The position numbers and the translations under genes are program-made. A DNA stretch of 64,000 nt, taken from the NCBI GenBank assembly GCA_004431415.1, contig QPMI01000490.1, positions 1 to 64,000 of the forward strand, in the 5' to 3' direction. The notes beneath the pieces are model-generated. The model was not told the DNA's origin and ran no database searches. It saw nothing but the letters and a program-made list of their open reading frames with translations. Positions 24,161-34,853 of this stretch are shown here, piece after piece; the first letter of the stretch is position 1, and each line of letters starts with the position of its first letter. The stretch is from Cyanophora paradoxa CCMP329. Its lineage: Eukaryota > Plantae > Glaucophyta.

Positions 24161-24679
24161 CAGTGATGGAATTAATAATAACCCCAAAAATGGGACTTTA
24201 TAAGAATGATTATTAATAGTTAATAATAAGTTATTAGTAGATTAATAATTACTTCCTCATAGAAGCGCGAAACCACGTTGAAGGAGCGTTGCCGCGCGGT
24301 TCTGGTGCTAAACACTCGTATATAAGCTGCCTGAGCATTGCGAGTGCCCTCTTTATCTGTTGGGGGTCGAATAAAAGGGTTAAAGTGCGACCAAGGGGGT
24401 ACTGGATGGTCTGGAGCTGCCGTCTGATCAGCTTATGAGCATCATATCAAGCTGCAGAAGTGCCCAGAAGGTCTCTAGACGTGTATAGAACTGCTTTGTA
24501 TCGCTCTAGCATGCACAGACTCGTCATAGAGTGCAAGAAATGGTGTGTCTACGGGTACCCCCCCAAACTAATAAACGTTATTAATAAGAATGGCTGTTCC
24601 GGGACCTTACTAATAACGTATTATTAATACGTTATTAATAAAATATTATAAGTACTTATTAATAAAGTGCCCATCACTG
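24161..24679. mobile_element. Non-autonomous hAT-type element (MITE), 519 bp
   Basis: Terminal inverted repeats cagtgatgg / ccatcactg; exact 8-bp TSD gttatggc (24153-24160, 24680-24687); subterminal ttattaata repeats. Confidence 0.92.
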
Positions 24680-24910
24680 GTTATGGCTTGGCCGATGGCA
24701 TCATTAATATTGGCATGCCATGATCATCGGATGGGCGGCGCGGCGTGACTCATGATCATGCAGTGATTCGGTGCCACTGATATCGATCATGATTCCATAC
24801 TAGTACTACGGTCACCGGGTACTATGAGTCTACTAGGCTAGATCTCGAGTCTATGACATGCATCTGCTTAGGATGCATCTCAGAGTCTCGAGCTCCGCCG
24901 GGCCTGAGGG

Positions 24911-25181
24911 CAGTGATGGCATTTTTTCTAGAAACATTTCTATAAACAATTTCGAAATCAATTTCGAAATTGTTTCCGAAAAGGTCCCGAGAGACCCCCC
25001 TAATTAGGAATTGTTTCTAATAAAGGAAAGCATAAGAAGGTTAAAGGGAGCGTCAGGCATCAGCAGAAGGGCCCTCGGGAGGGGCCCCTGATTTCGGAAA
25101 TATTTCGGAAATATTTCCGAAATATTTCGGAAACGTTTCCGAAATGGTCCATTTTTGGGTTAATTCCGAATACCATCACTG
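24911..25181. mobile_element. Non-autonomous hAT-type element (MITE), 271 bp
   Basis: Terminal inverted repeats cagtgatgg / ccatcactg; exact 8-bp TSD cctgaggg (24903-24910, 25182-25189); subterminal tttcggaaa/tttccgaaa repeats. Confidence 0.92.
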
Positions 25182-26383
25182 CCTGAGGGGCCTCCGGCCC
25201 TCCAGGCTCCAGGCAGACTCCGGCCGGGATAATATCGATATCATAGTATATTATTTACTGTATATATATGGCCCTGCATGCTGAATCCCGCCGCCGGGTC
25301 CCTGAATCGGACATGATATGGCCCATCATATGGGGCCTCTCTAGTAGTCTCTATATAGCTACTAGGCTTGCTCGATCTCGGCCTAGCGGCCCTAGCCTAG
25401 TAGGCCTGGGCCATGATTCCCATGAATTGACGTCGACGACAGTCGGACCGACTCGGACGCTTACGTCGACGTGAAGTTTTTTTAACGTGCACGTCGTCGA
25501 CGACTCGTCGTAGCCGACTCGTAGGTGCCATCACACGTGCACCGTCATGCCACCGTGCACGGTGCATCATATGCATATGCATCTGATGCGTTCATCGACA
25601 TCACTGAGTCATCTGCGCGCGGCGGCCCGCCGGCGGGGCCTTGCAATTTGCAATTGGGCCCGGGCCCGCGCCGGAGGCTCCGGAGCCCCGGGGGGCCGGC
25701 GGGGGCCGGCCCGGCCGGGCCCGCGGGCCCGGGGCGGGGAGCGGCAGGGGCTGAGACCCGACCCGACTCGGCGACTCCCGACTCCGAGGCTCCCGAGTCC
25801 CGAGGGCCGGGGCGCCGGCCGGGGCCGGGAACGTTTAGTCCGGGCCGCGACTGGTACCGGGGCCGGGGCGCCGGGGCCGGGCTGGGGCGGGGGGGATCTG
25901 GAGGGGAGCTTCCCGAGGGGGAAGGAGCTCGAGGGGGAGGGGGGGGGGGAGGGAGGGAGGGGGGGGGAGGGGGGCAGGGGGAGGCCTATATATCTAGGGG
26001 GGCGCCAAAGCTGCTGCTTGTCGAGGCATCCTTCGGCAAGTAGCGTTTTTTAAAAAATTAATTCATGCACACCCTCCGAGGCTCCTCCTCAACCTTAAGC
26101 TTCTAGCCTAGTAGATCTGTGTCCGACGGTCCGTGCAGGTATGCGCGCAGCCCAGGCATGCGCGCAGCCCGTGCACGTGGCGCTAGCTGGGGAGATCGCA
26201 AGCCCCATATATGCATGCGCAGTAAGCCAAATTTAATTTATAAAGCTTTAATTTGCCGAGCCTCATTTATAAGCCTTTGAAGTGAATATTCAGACAATAT
26301 AGGTACCCCCCCGCGCTGCGGGAGCGCGTCTGTTAGCCCAGACGCGTGCACGTCTCTCACGTCAACCATCTGGATCGTAATCT

Positions 26384-27427
26384 GTGGCTCTAGACGAGCT
26401 TGAGCGTATGCCGCGATCAGAGCAGAACCGGGCGACAGCCAACTTCGACCTTGCCCCGCTGCAGGCGGAGTGGCAGCGGCTGTTTCCGACTAGCGCTGTG
26501 CCATTGACAGTGCTCACGCTTGTTACTGTTGCGACCGTCGCCCAGCTCTATCCGCCAACCTTCAGTTATGCTAGCATCATTCCTCCGACTGCTTGGACCT
26601 TCTACACGCAGCCGGCCTTCGATGCGCTACAGCAGCTGATCACTGAGCGTGTGAGCGCTCTTACCAGCGAGCCAGCGCATTCGGTCGCGCGCTGGGGTCG
26701 CGGTTTTCTTGTGATCTTCAGTAGTACTGCGCATTGTGAGCGGTTCCTGACATCGGTCGGTGCAGCTGGCCTCCAGTTGGCCGTTCCAGCCCTTGGCATT
26801 CTTGCGGCCGCTTGGATTGTCGGCCGTGAGCCGACGCCGCCGGCGGGCGGTCTGCCTCCTGACCCTGGCCAGCCGCCGCTTCAGCGCCCGCAGGGCCAGG
26901 ATCACTGGATCTGGCTTGAGAAGTTTCAGCATCGGCCCGATGAGGACCCTATCCGCCATTGGCTGGCGCAGCGCGGCCTGAAAGTCCGGCACATTCATTA
27001 TCAGCAGCGGGGCATGCCAGCCGGGATTATGAAGATCTATCTCTCTGAGCTGCCCCCGCTCGATGTGCAAGTTGCTCTTCCTAATACGGTTACCTTTGGC
27101 GACGGGCTTGAGCTTCGTGTGGCGGCCAGCTGGCGGGACTGCCGCCTGTATGGTTGCGGAGGCCGGCCTCACCTTCCTCATCCCCTAGCTGACCATCACC
27201 CTCTCTCTCTGAATTTCATACCTCCAAACTCTCCGCCGCGTCCACTCCGTCCTCAGCGTCCCGGCCTCAGAAGGCGGCCCGCAAGGAGACAGCCGCAGCT
27301 GGGCCCAGCGCAGCTGCAGATAAGCCTGCAGCTGATCAGTTTACTTATTCTTACCCAGCAACTGGCCCGCGTTGGACAGAGGCAACTGGTCCTATGGGCC
27401 TTGAGCTCTCCGCCCGCCAGGGCCTGA
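26384..27427 (+). CDS. LINE ORF1 (RRM-like plus degenerate zinc knuckle)
   Basis: Directly follows the 5' TSD. GRGFLVIFSSTAHCERFL and HWIWLEKF...LPNTVTFGDGLELRV..CRLYGCGGRPH resemble L1/Tx1 ORF1 organisation. Confidence 0.7.
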   Translation: MALDELERMPRSEQNRATANFDLAPLQAEWQRLFPTSAVPLTVLTLVTVATVAQLYPPTFSYASIIPPTAWTFYTQPAFDALQQLITERVSALTSEPAHSVARWGRGFLVIFSSTAHCERFLTSVGAAGLQLAVPALGILAAAWIVGREPTPPAGGLPPDPGQPPLQRPQGQDHWIWLEKFQHRPDEDPIRHWLAQRGLKVRHIHYQQRGMPAGIMKIYLSELPPLDVQVALPNTVTFGDGLELRVAASWRDCRLYGCGGRPHLPHPLADHHPLSLNFIPPNSPPRPLRPQRPGLRRRPARRQPQLGPAQLQISLQLISLLILTQQLARVGQRQLVLWALSSPPARA

Positions 27428-28036
27428 CGGACAGCTCTCCAAGCCTGCCCACCGCATTGTCTTCCCCTTCAGGCCATTCTCCAAGCCCGGGCCGGGAAGG
27501 CCTCTGCCGCACCTCCCGCCCCCTCTGGCTCCGCTGGCGGCCCTTCGGACATGGCTATAGACCCGGTGAGCTCTTTCTTTTTGTTCAGATCTAATAGGGG
27601 TGTACAGTTGGTGGCCCCCCGGCTGCGCTGCAGTTGGGGTTGTGGACTGCCAAAGCTGCACTGCAGCTGCGGCATGATGCCAAGGCTGCGCTGCAGCTGC
27701 GGCACCTTGAACTTGCAATTGTTCTGATCTGGGCTTTAAAACTGGATTACTGTTTAAATACGATGCATAGACATCTCATAAATTGGCACTCTTATTACTT
27801 TTTTCAACTCGCCCTCACCTTGTTTCTGAGCGCAGCCCGCTGGCCTGCCCACGGAGATGACGAACATGCAGATCGCTGCCGCCGGCCGTACAATTCCAAC
27901 ACGCGTTCGGGTTGCCGGTTCTGGCACTGGTGCCGGTTCTGGCACTGGCAAGTAGGGTCGTCTCGTATTTTGCCCTTCTTCAATTTAAGCTTGTACATAG
28001 TTTTCTCTGGATTCTTTAAACCACCGTGATCATACT

Positions 28037-31000
28037 ATGGCCATCAATATTGTCTCCCTGAACGTTGCAGGGAAATTAGTAGGAGACACAAGCTTCTGTG
28101 CTTCACTTGGTATGCACCACGTTGATTATCTCCTTAAGTGTGCTCGTGAACAGTCTCGCAAATCCATAGTTTGTTTACAGGAAACTCACGTATCGAGTAA
28201 AGTAGACGCTGCTTTTCTGCAAGGCAAGTGGGGGGCTACCCCTTCGTACTGGGCTTTCAATCCAGAAGTTGCCAGTCAAGGTGTAGCTACTCTCTTCCCT
28301 AATAAGCGATTTAGCATTACCTCGCTAGCTCCTGCACAGAGTTCCCGGCTGCAGCTGTTCCTGTTGTGCTCTGGAACTGTAAATATTTACCTGTGCAACA
28401 TTTACGCACCTGTTCAGGATGCTGAACGGTTAGGCTTCTACGAGACATTGTGTCATACTCTGGAGTCGGTCGTTCCTGTGGGGTCCCATTTAATCTTATG
28501 TGGTGATTTTAACTTTCACCTTTTGCCTTCTGACGCGAACAGTACTTCGGGGCGGGTGTCGCCCCTGCATCCTTTGAAGCGGTTTGCTCGCAATATCAAC
28601 TCCAGGATGTTGCATCGCTTTGTACGGATGAGCGCCGGTCTAATCGATTTAAAACATTTTATCGGACTAATGCCCAGGCAGCCTCGGGGGCCGTCGAATC
28701 TCGTCTAGATTATTTCTTTGTCTCTCAATCCCTACTCGCATGGAACCCAGTGCTCGTCCCATGGATGAAATACACTTCCAGACATCTTGATAGGCCTCTT
28801 TCTGATCACATTGGAATTCAACTCACGCTGTCCCTCCAGTTCATCAGCGTGGGCCGGGTCGCTGGAAGATGCGATGGGACCTTTATGGGAAGAACCCAGC
28901 GTATCTCGCTGAAATTCGGAAGGTTTTTCAGATGTGGCGTGCTGAGTGGCCTTCGCCTGCATCCGATTCTATTCTTCGCTTCGAAGCTCTTAAACGGTAT
29001 CTACAGACTGCTCTCTCTGCGTGGGAGTCGACTGAGCGGCGCAAGAATAAGTCGGCTTACTGGTCTGCCATGAAACGTCTCGAACGTCTCATCACCGCCT
29101 ATTCGCAGGGCGAGATCTTACGGGACAGTTTCTTGAGTGGCCGCTCTGCTCTTTATAGAGAGCTGCGGGAGCGCATGCCTCAAGTGTGTAGGGCTGCCGT
29201 TCAAGCTGACTCGCTATTCTCAAGTCAGAACGAGGCCACATCGAGGCGGGAGTTTTTCACTCATTATTTCGGAACTGCTGAGCAGGAGACCGGATGTGAG
29301 AATAAACTCCGGCCGGCCAACACCCGGATCCTCTTATGCTTCTGATAATCCCTTTGTGCTTATGACGTTGTCGGCAGCTCATTTCGCTGATTTATACGAT
29401 GGTCAGCAAGCTCAAAGTGTGGTGGCGGCGCATCGTGATGAACGGGCTGAATGTGCGTCACTGTATGCGCCTTATAAACTCATTCCGCGGGAGGCCGTGG
29501 ATCTCGATACCCCACTGGCCGCCTATGAATTGTTGCAATCGTTTAAGGATATATCTGGGCTTAGAAAATCCCCTGGACTTGATGGTTTAGTACCTGAATT
29601 TTATAGTACTTTCTGGGGCGACATTGGTCCAGATTTTATGGAATACCTTAAGGCTATGCATAATCGGAAGGCGGCCCCTGGCTCGCTACGAGATATCCTC
29701 ATTGTCCAATTCCGAAACCTGGTACGGATGCGACTTTGGTCACTAACCGTCGGCCTATCGCTCTATCGAATGTAGAGGAGCGAGCAGTCGAGCGGGCATT
29801 ATCTAACCGCTTGACCCCTATCATGCCCCGCTTAATATCAAAATATCAGTCGGGTTTTATCACCAAACGTTCTGCGGTGCATCAATTTATGCTCGTATAT
29901 TTATTGATGTATTATGAGGGGATAATCCCGATCTCGAGGAACTTTGTTTGGGGTTCCTTGATTTCTCCAAAGCCTATGATCGGGTGAATTGGGAGTTTCT
30001 TTTCTGGACCTTGAATCAATATGGATTTGGGTCATACTTTACTGACTGGGTCCGTCTTTTGTATTCTGATCTGTCGGGGATGATCCATATTAATGGCTGG
30101 ACAACGCCTCGGTTTCCCATCCGGTGCGGAGTCCGGCAGGGTGGTCCTCTATCGCCATATCTATATAATTTGTGTGCGCATCTATTAATCATGTTAATCG
30201 ATACTGAACCCCGTATACGCGGGGTGCAAATTTCTGGGCGGTCCATATGCAAGGTCCTCCAGTTTGCTGATGATACTGTTCCCCTTATTGCCTCCTTTGC
30301 GGAATTCCCATTTGGGACGCTCTCATTAAGAAATTTCAACGGTTAACAGGGGCGAAAATTAATCTCGAAAAATCGCATATACTACCCATGCACTCAAATT
30401 TATCTCTTCCACCTGCTTGTCCTTTTGAGCGTATGAAGGTTGATCCTTCTGAGATTTCCGCAGATGCCAAGATCGCCAAATATCTCGGGTTCCTCTGGAG
30501 CTAGTGCATGACCGGTTTTGGAATAAAAAGACTGCTGCTCTCGTTCTGCGCGCACAGTCAGTTAACCGGAATCGGATGCCTCTACGCTCTGGTGTTTTAC
30601 TTGCGTGGGCTGCTATTGTGGGATCACTACATTATCCGCTGTATATTTTAGAACCGGGAGGTGATCGTTATAAAGCTTGGAGTAATTTAATCCGCAACTT
30701 TTCGGGTGTACGCGGCTCCGTATCTACATATGTTACGGCGCTTCCGTTTAAAGACGGTGGATTAAATTGCCCAGATATTGTTACGTTTTCGCTGGCTTTA
30801 AAATCTAAATGGCTTGCCTTCCTTAACGACCCGGCCTGTTCAGCTCCTTGGAAGGAATATATTCAATACCAAATAGACCGTCAGTTGGCTCCATTCTCTT
30901 ATGCTAATGTCATTTTGGGGCTTGATGTGTCTGCCATCTTGCCAAGATTGCATTTGCCACCGCTTTGGCAGATGCTGTTTGAGGCGTGGCGAGATCGTCA

Positions 31001-32941
31001 AGCCGTTGCATCTCCTACAACCGTGCATCAAATTTTGACCCAGCCTATTTTTCTTAATCCTTTATATGTTCTTCCTAGTGACATTGCAGCACAGACACAT
31101 ACTGAGTTTGCGAGAGCCGGTGTACAGCGCGTCGCTGACATTTGGGATGTACAGTTGCACCGATTTCGTGCTCCCCTGCAATGCTAGTTGATTATACTGC
31201 TGCCTTTGATCAAATTTGTCGTGCCCTGCCATCCAGTTGGCTTACAACGCTTACTGCTAATGCCGTACCGGAACGTTTCTTATGGTATAAATCGAAAGAT
31301 GATAAATATGTGTATCTGAGGGGTCCCTCGGGCTTTTTTGTGGCCTTCCCTCTTTTTGAAGGTGAGATTGTCCCACGGGTGTTGGATTTCGTCCCGTGGC
31401 CCCGTGGCCGCCCTCCAGATCCGCTCTTGTACCCTGGCGTACCAGCTGGCCTCTTGCCGCTTCATGTGCTCTCCTCCCAGTATTTTATTTCTTTGCGCAG
31501 AGGTTCGCGTCCAATTCTGGTTTCGCTTGGCACGGGTTCGACAGCTACGCTTTCCTACAGCAATTTTGCTTTCACATTCGATAAGATGCTCACGCTTCAG
31601 GGCTTTTCTGTTCGGCGCTTTTACCAGCTCGAGGTACAGCGACTGTGGCGGGTGCGGAGTAGGGCTAAGATGCCTTCAGAACACTGGGGTCTGGATCTCC
31701 CTCTTAATCGCGTGTCTCAGCTCGTCGCCCTTCGTGCCTTTCCTATGCTGTGGCTCGATGTCCTCTTCCGTCTCCGATATAAGGCTTTCCCATCTTTACA
31801 ACGGCCGCCGGTCGCGGCTATTTTCTGCCGCGCTTGTAATGATGGGCAGCATCGTTCAGTGCGGCACGTTTTCTTTGATTGCCCTGTGGTGCAGGGTTTT
31901 TGGCGGGCCATGCATGCTGAGCTCACATCCTTAGCAGAGGCTTTGCCCGAGGACGTGCAGCCCTCTTTACCATTGCCTCCTATTACGTTCTCCGCTATTC
32001 TAGATCCACAAGTTCCCGGTGTTGCGGGGACATTGATCACATCTTCTGTGGATGCCGATTTCTGTGTTCGGTATCTCGGTTATATTTTGGCGGGCATTTA
32101 CGCAATTTTTCAGCTGTCCCGTGCATATCTCTCACCCGATAATTTACTTGCTGAGCGGGTACCAGTGTACTCCGTTAATGCTCTGCTAAACCTGTGGAAA
32201 CGTTTTCTGGATATTCTCGAGATTACGTTGCCTCCTGCTGTCGAGCGCATTGAGCTTCTTCGTTTACGGCATTTAGGGGAGGGCTCTGATTACGATGGTT
32301 CAAACCCTGAGTCACGTGACCGCCCTAGCCCCCTCAATCTATTTTTGATGCGAGCTTCTTTTCTGTGCGCGGAGCTATCCCTCTACAGCGCTCGGGCCCC
32401 CAGCAGTCGCGGTCCCGGGCCCCCTGCAGTCGCTACCCCTAGGCCTGCTGCTACAGTTAATGGCGTCGGCGTGAATCCTCAAGTTCAGCACATTGCGAGG
32501 CCATCTGCTAGCGCTGATACAGCTTCGGTCCCGGCTCCCTCGAGTTCTCGTTTGAGCTCGTCTGCCGATGCTAGCGCTAGCGCCGCTTCTGCCTCCACAT
32601 TAATATGCCCTATTTGTGGGAAGAACTTTCAGTCTTCTGCTGATCGTGACCGTCATGTTCGGGCTGATAAACATCCTGCTAACGCCCGTGGCGTTCGCCG
32701 ACCTCGAACCCCCTCTAGTTCAGAGAATCCTCCAGATCCTGTGCCTCCTGCCCAGCGCCCCCGCCTCCAGTCTCCGGATCCGGCACCCCCAGTGCTTGCT
32801 CCAGCTCCTGCAGCTGCGGCTACATATGCCGAGCCCCGTCAGCCTGTTCCGACTTTGCGACGGATTCGCTCCCCTGCACCCTCACCGTCGCCACCTGCTC
32901 AGCGGCTCCGTACTTCCCTGCCCCCCCTAGTCCTTCTCTGA
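28037..32941 (+). CDS. LINE ORF2: AP endonuclease, reverse transcriptase, CCHC zinc knuckle and extra C2H2 finger; broken by several frameshifts
   Basis: APE motifs SLNVAG, CLQETH, NIYAP, GDFN, RLDY, SDH. RT motifs KSPGLDG, RPIALSN, QSGF, LDFSKAYDRV, GVRQGGPLSP, QFADD, KINLEKS, KYLG. CRACNDGQHRSVRHVFFDC at about 31826-31882. Confidence 0.93.
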
Positions 32942-33281
32942 TACCTTCCGTTTCACGAATCCGCCGCCCCGGTCTCCGTCGAATTCAACCTTGCCTCCCG
33001 ATGCCGATCCGTCCCTGTCCATGTGTCTCGGCGCCTGCGGCTTTCCTCTCCTGTACCTTCGGCTTCCCCTCTGGCTGTCCCGCCAGATCCACCTCGCCCG
33101 CCGGTTCCTGCATGGCCCCTTTGATTCATGATAGTCTTGTATCAATCTTCGCTTCACCTCAACTTAGTTTACCCTCAGTTGTTTTGCCGTCACCTCCATC
33201 AGATGCTTCATCGATGTTAGTTAGGAGCACTGGCCCCTCCACCTTCCAGTTCCTCGTGTATTCCATGCCTTCCCTGTACCT

Positions 33282-33983
33282 TTGATTCCGTTCCCTTTGT
33301 CGTTAGCTCTGCCTCTTCCTCCTCCATCTCTCACTGTTAGCCCTCAGGCAGTTCCGCCTCTTTATCTTCAGCGACCGTCAGACCGTATAGTTTTTGGCAG
33401 CGAGTATTTTGTGTATGGTGACGTTCCTCGTGTGTACCCTTCTCTCTCTTCTACTTCGCTATATTTGCCTCTCCCGCCTGGTTCAGCCCCATCGTCTGCC
33501 TTCCCTGTCACTACTGGCTTGCGTTTCGCCCCTCCTCTTATACTGCCGATTCCGAGTCTGCACCCGAGCTCTGCCCCTTTCCTCGTGTCGTCCCCAGTTC
33601 CTCAGATTAGTCTTCAGCCGTCCATTGTTTTACCAACTCTACAATCTCGATTCCGTTTAGACACTCCGCCAGCTTCGACTTTCCCCTCTAGTGGTGTCCT
33701 ACGTTTCGCCTCTCCTACTGTTCTACCGCCTTTGCCTCCTGCGACTACGTCTTCTAGTTCTGCTGTTAGCTCTGTCTTGTCGTCTTCGTCTAGATCTTCG
33801 TCTTCGACTGTAGTTCCTCGTGCTCGTTCTCCTTATTTGCTGCGTCCCCGTGCTCCTCGTCGTTCTAGTGTGACTAGTACTTATGCATCGACGCCCTTGA
33901 GCTCTTCTACTCCTTCTCCTCGTGCTCGTTCTCCTTATCTTTTGCGTTCTTCTGATCGTGTCCCTTCTCGTGATCCCTCTTGA
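33282..33983 (+). CDS. Ser/Pro-rich terminal ORF of the LINE (probable frameshifted ORF2 continuation, or an ORF3)
   Basis: 233-codon open frame ending about 100 bp before the poly(A); contains RARSPYLLR twice. Confidence 0.45.
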   Translation: MIPFPLSLALPLPPPSLTVSPQAVPPLYLQRPSDRIVFGSEYFVYGDVPRVYPSLSSTSLYLPLPPGSAPSSAFPVTTGLRFAPPLILPIPSLHPSSAPFLVSSPVPQISLQPSIVLPTLQSRFRLDTPPASTFPSSGVLRFASPTVLPPLPPATTSSSSAVSSVLSSSSRSSSSTVVPRARSPYLLRPRAPRRSSVTSTYASTPLSSSTPSPRARSPYLLRSSDRVPSRDPS

Positions 33984-34055
33984 TTCTGTATATATTTTGT
34001 GCTAGTTTACTGTATCTTTGATTTGTGATTGCTTTGTTGTCTTTAATATCACTAC

Positions 34056-34080
34056 CTACGGGGGGTTCGCCCCACCGTAG
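34056..34080 (+). other. LINE 3'-terminal stem-loop
   Basis: ctacgggggg-ttcg-cccc-a-ccgtag: 10-bp stem with one bulged A and a UUCG loop, 6 nt upstream of the A tail. Confidence 0.75.
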
Positions 34081-34853
34081 TCTCTCAAAAAAAAAAAGTG
34101 AATATTCAGAGCCTGCCGAATTCGAAGTCTGCCCGTGGCTATTTGATGGTACGCGGGCTAGGCTACACTGTGCCACGTGTCCTTCAAGCTTAAGGCCACG
34201 CTCGTTAGCCCTTGAGCACCGCGGCCGCGCCCTTCAGCCTTTGAACGCCGCGCCCTTCAGCCCTTGACTCGATCACCCCGGGTGAATGCCGCGCGCGCCT
34301 TTCAGCCCTTGAGCGCCGCGCCCTTTAATTTAGCCGTATAACTATAGCTAGCTGCAGCTGTAGGCCTTGAGGCTGCGCCACCTTCGGCCCTCGCAATCGA
34401 GCGCCACGCCTCCCTGGCGCTTGAGCGCCACGTGCACTGGGCCACGCCTCCTAGGCCTCGGTCCGCAAGCTCGAGCGCCACGTGCACGCCCCCTCGGCCC
34501 TCGAGCCTCGGAGCGCCCCGGGCCGAGAACGGACCGCCTGCCGCCCCCCTCGAACTCGAGGCCCGCATCGGGTACACCCAAGCGGCCTCCGCGAACTCGG
34601 GCCCTCGACACCTCGACCAAGGGCCTTGCTATATTACACGGCCAGGTCCTGTAACGTGGGCCCTGATGATGAGTAAAATGTATTTAATTATAAAGATCCG
34701 AGGATGCTGGAACTAAAAAAAAAACTGATTTTGATTCTGATGACAATCCTGTGTCCACGGGCCACGGAAATACATGATGCCATTCCTGTGTCCACGGGCC
34801 ATGAGTCATTGTTTCTGATAATGGGCGAAATATACGTGAAGAACCGAAGCGTT

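Larger units (their letters stand above)
26295..34097 (+). mobile_element. Full-length non-LTR retrotransposon (L1/Tx1 clade), about 7.8 kb
   Basis: 15-bp TSD aagtgaatattcaga (26280-26294, 34096-34110); A11 tail at 34087-34097; ORF1 plus ORF2 (APE, RT, CCHC). Confidence 0.95.

Noticed and set aside
25880-25985. G-run tract (similar tracts at 1453-1560, 7851-7890 and 18083-18138) as functional G-quadruplexes
   Set aside because: G4 formation is possible, but such tracts are expected in this GC-rich genome and nothing here indicates function.
34190-34620. Short degenerate repeats (ttcagcccttgagcgcc) as a discrete transposon
   Set aside because: No terminal inverted repeats or TSD could be defined.
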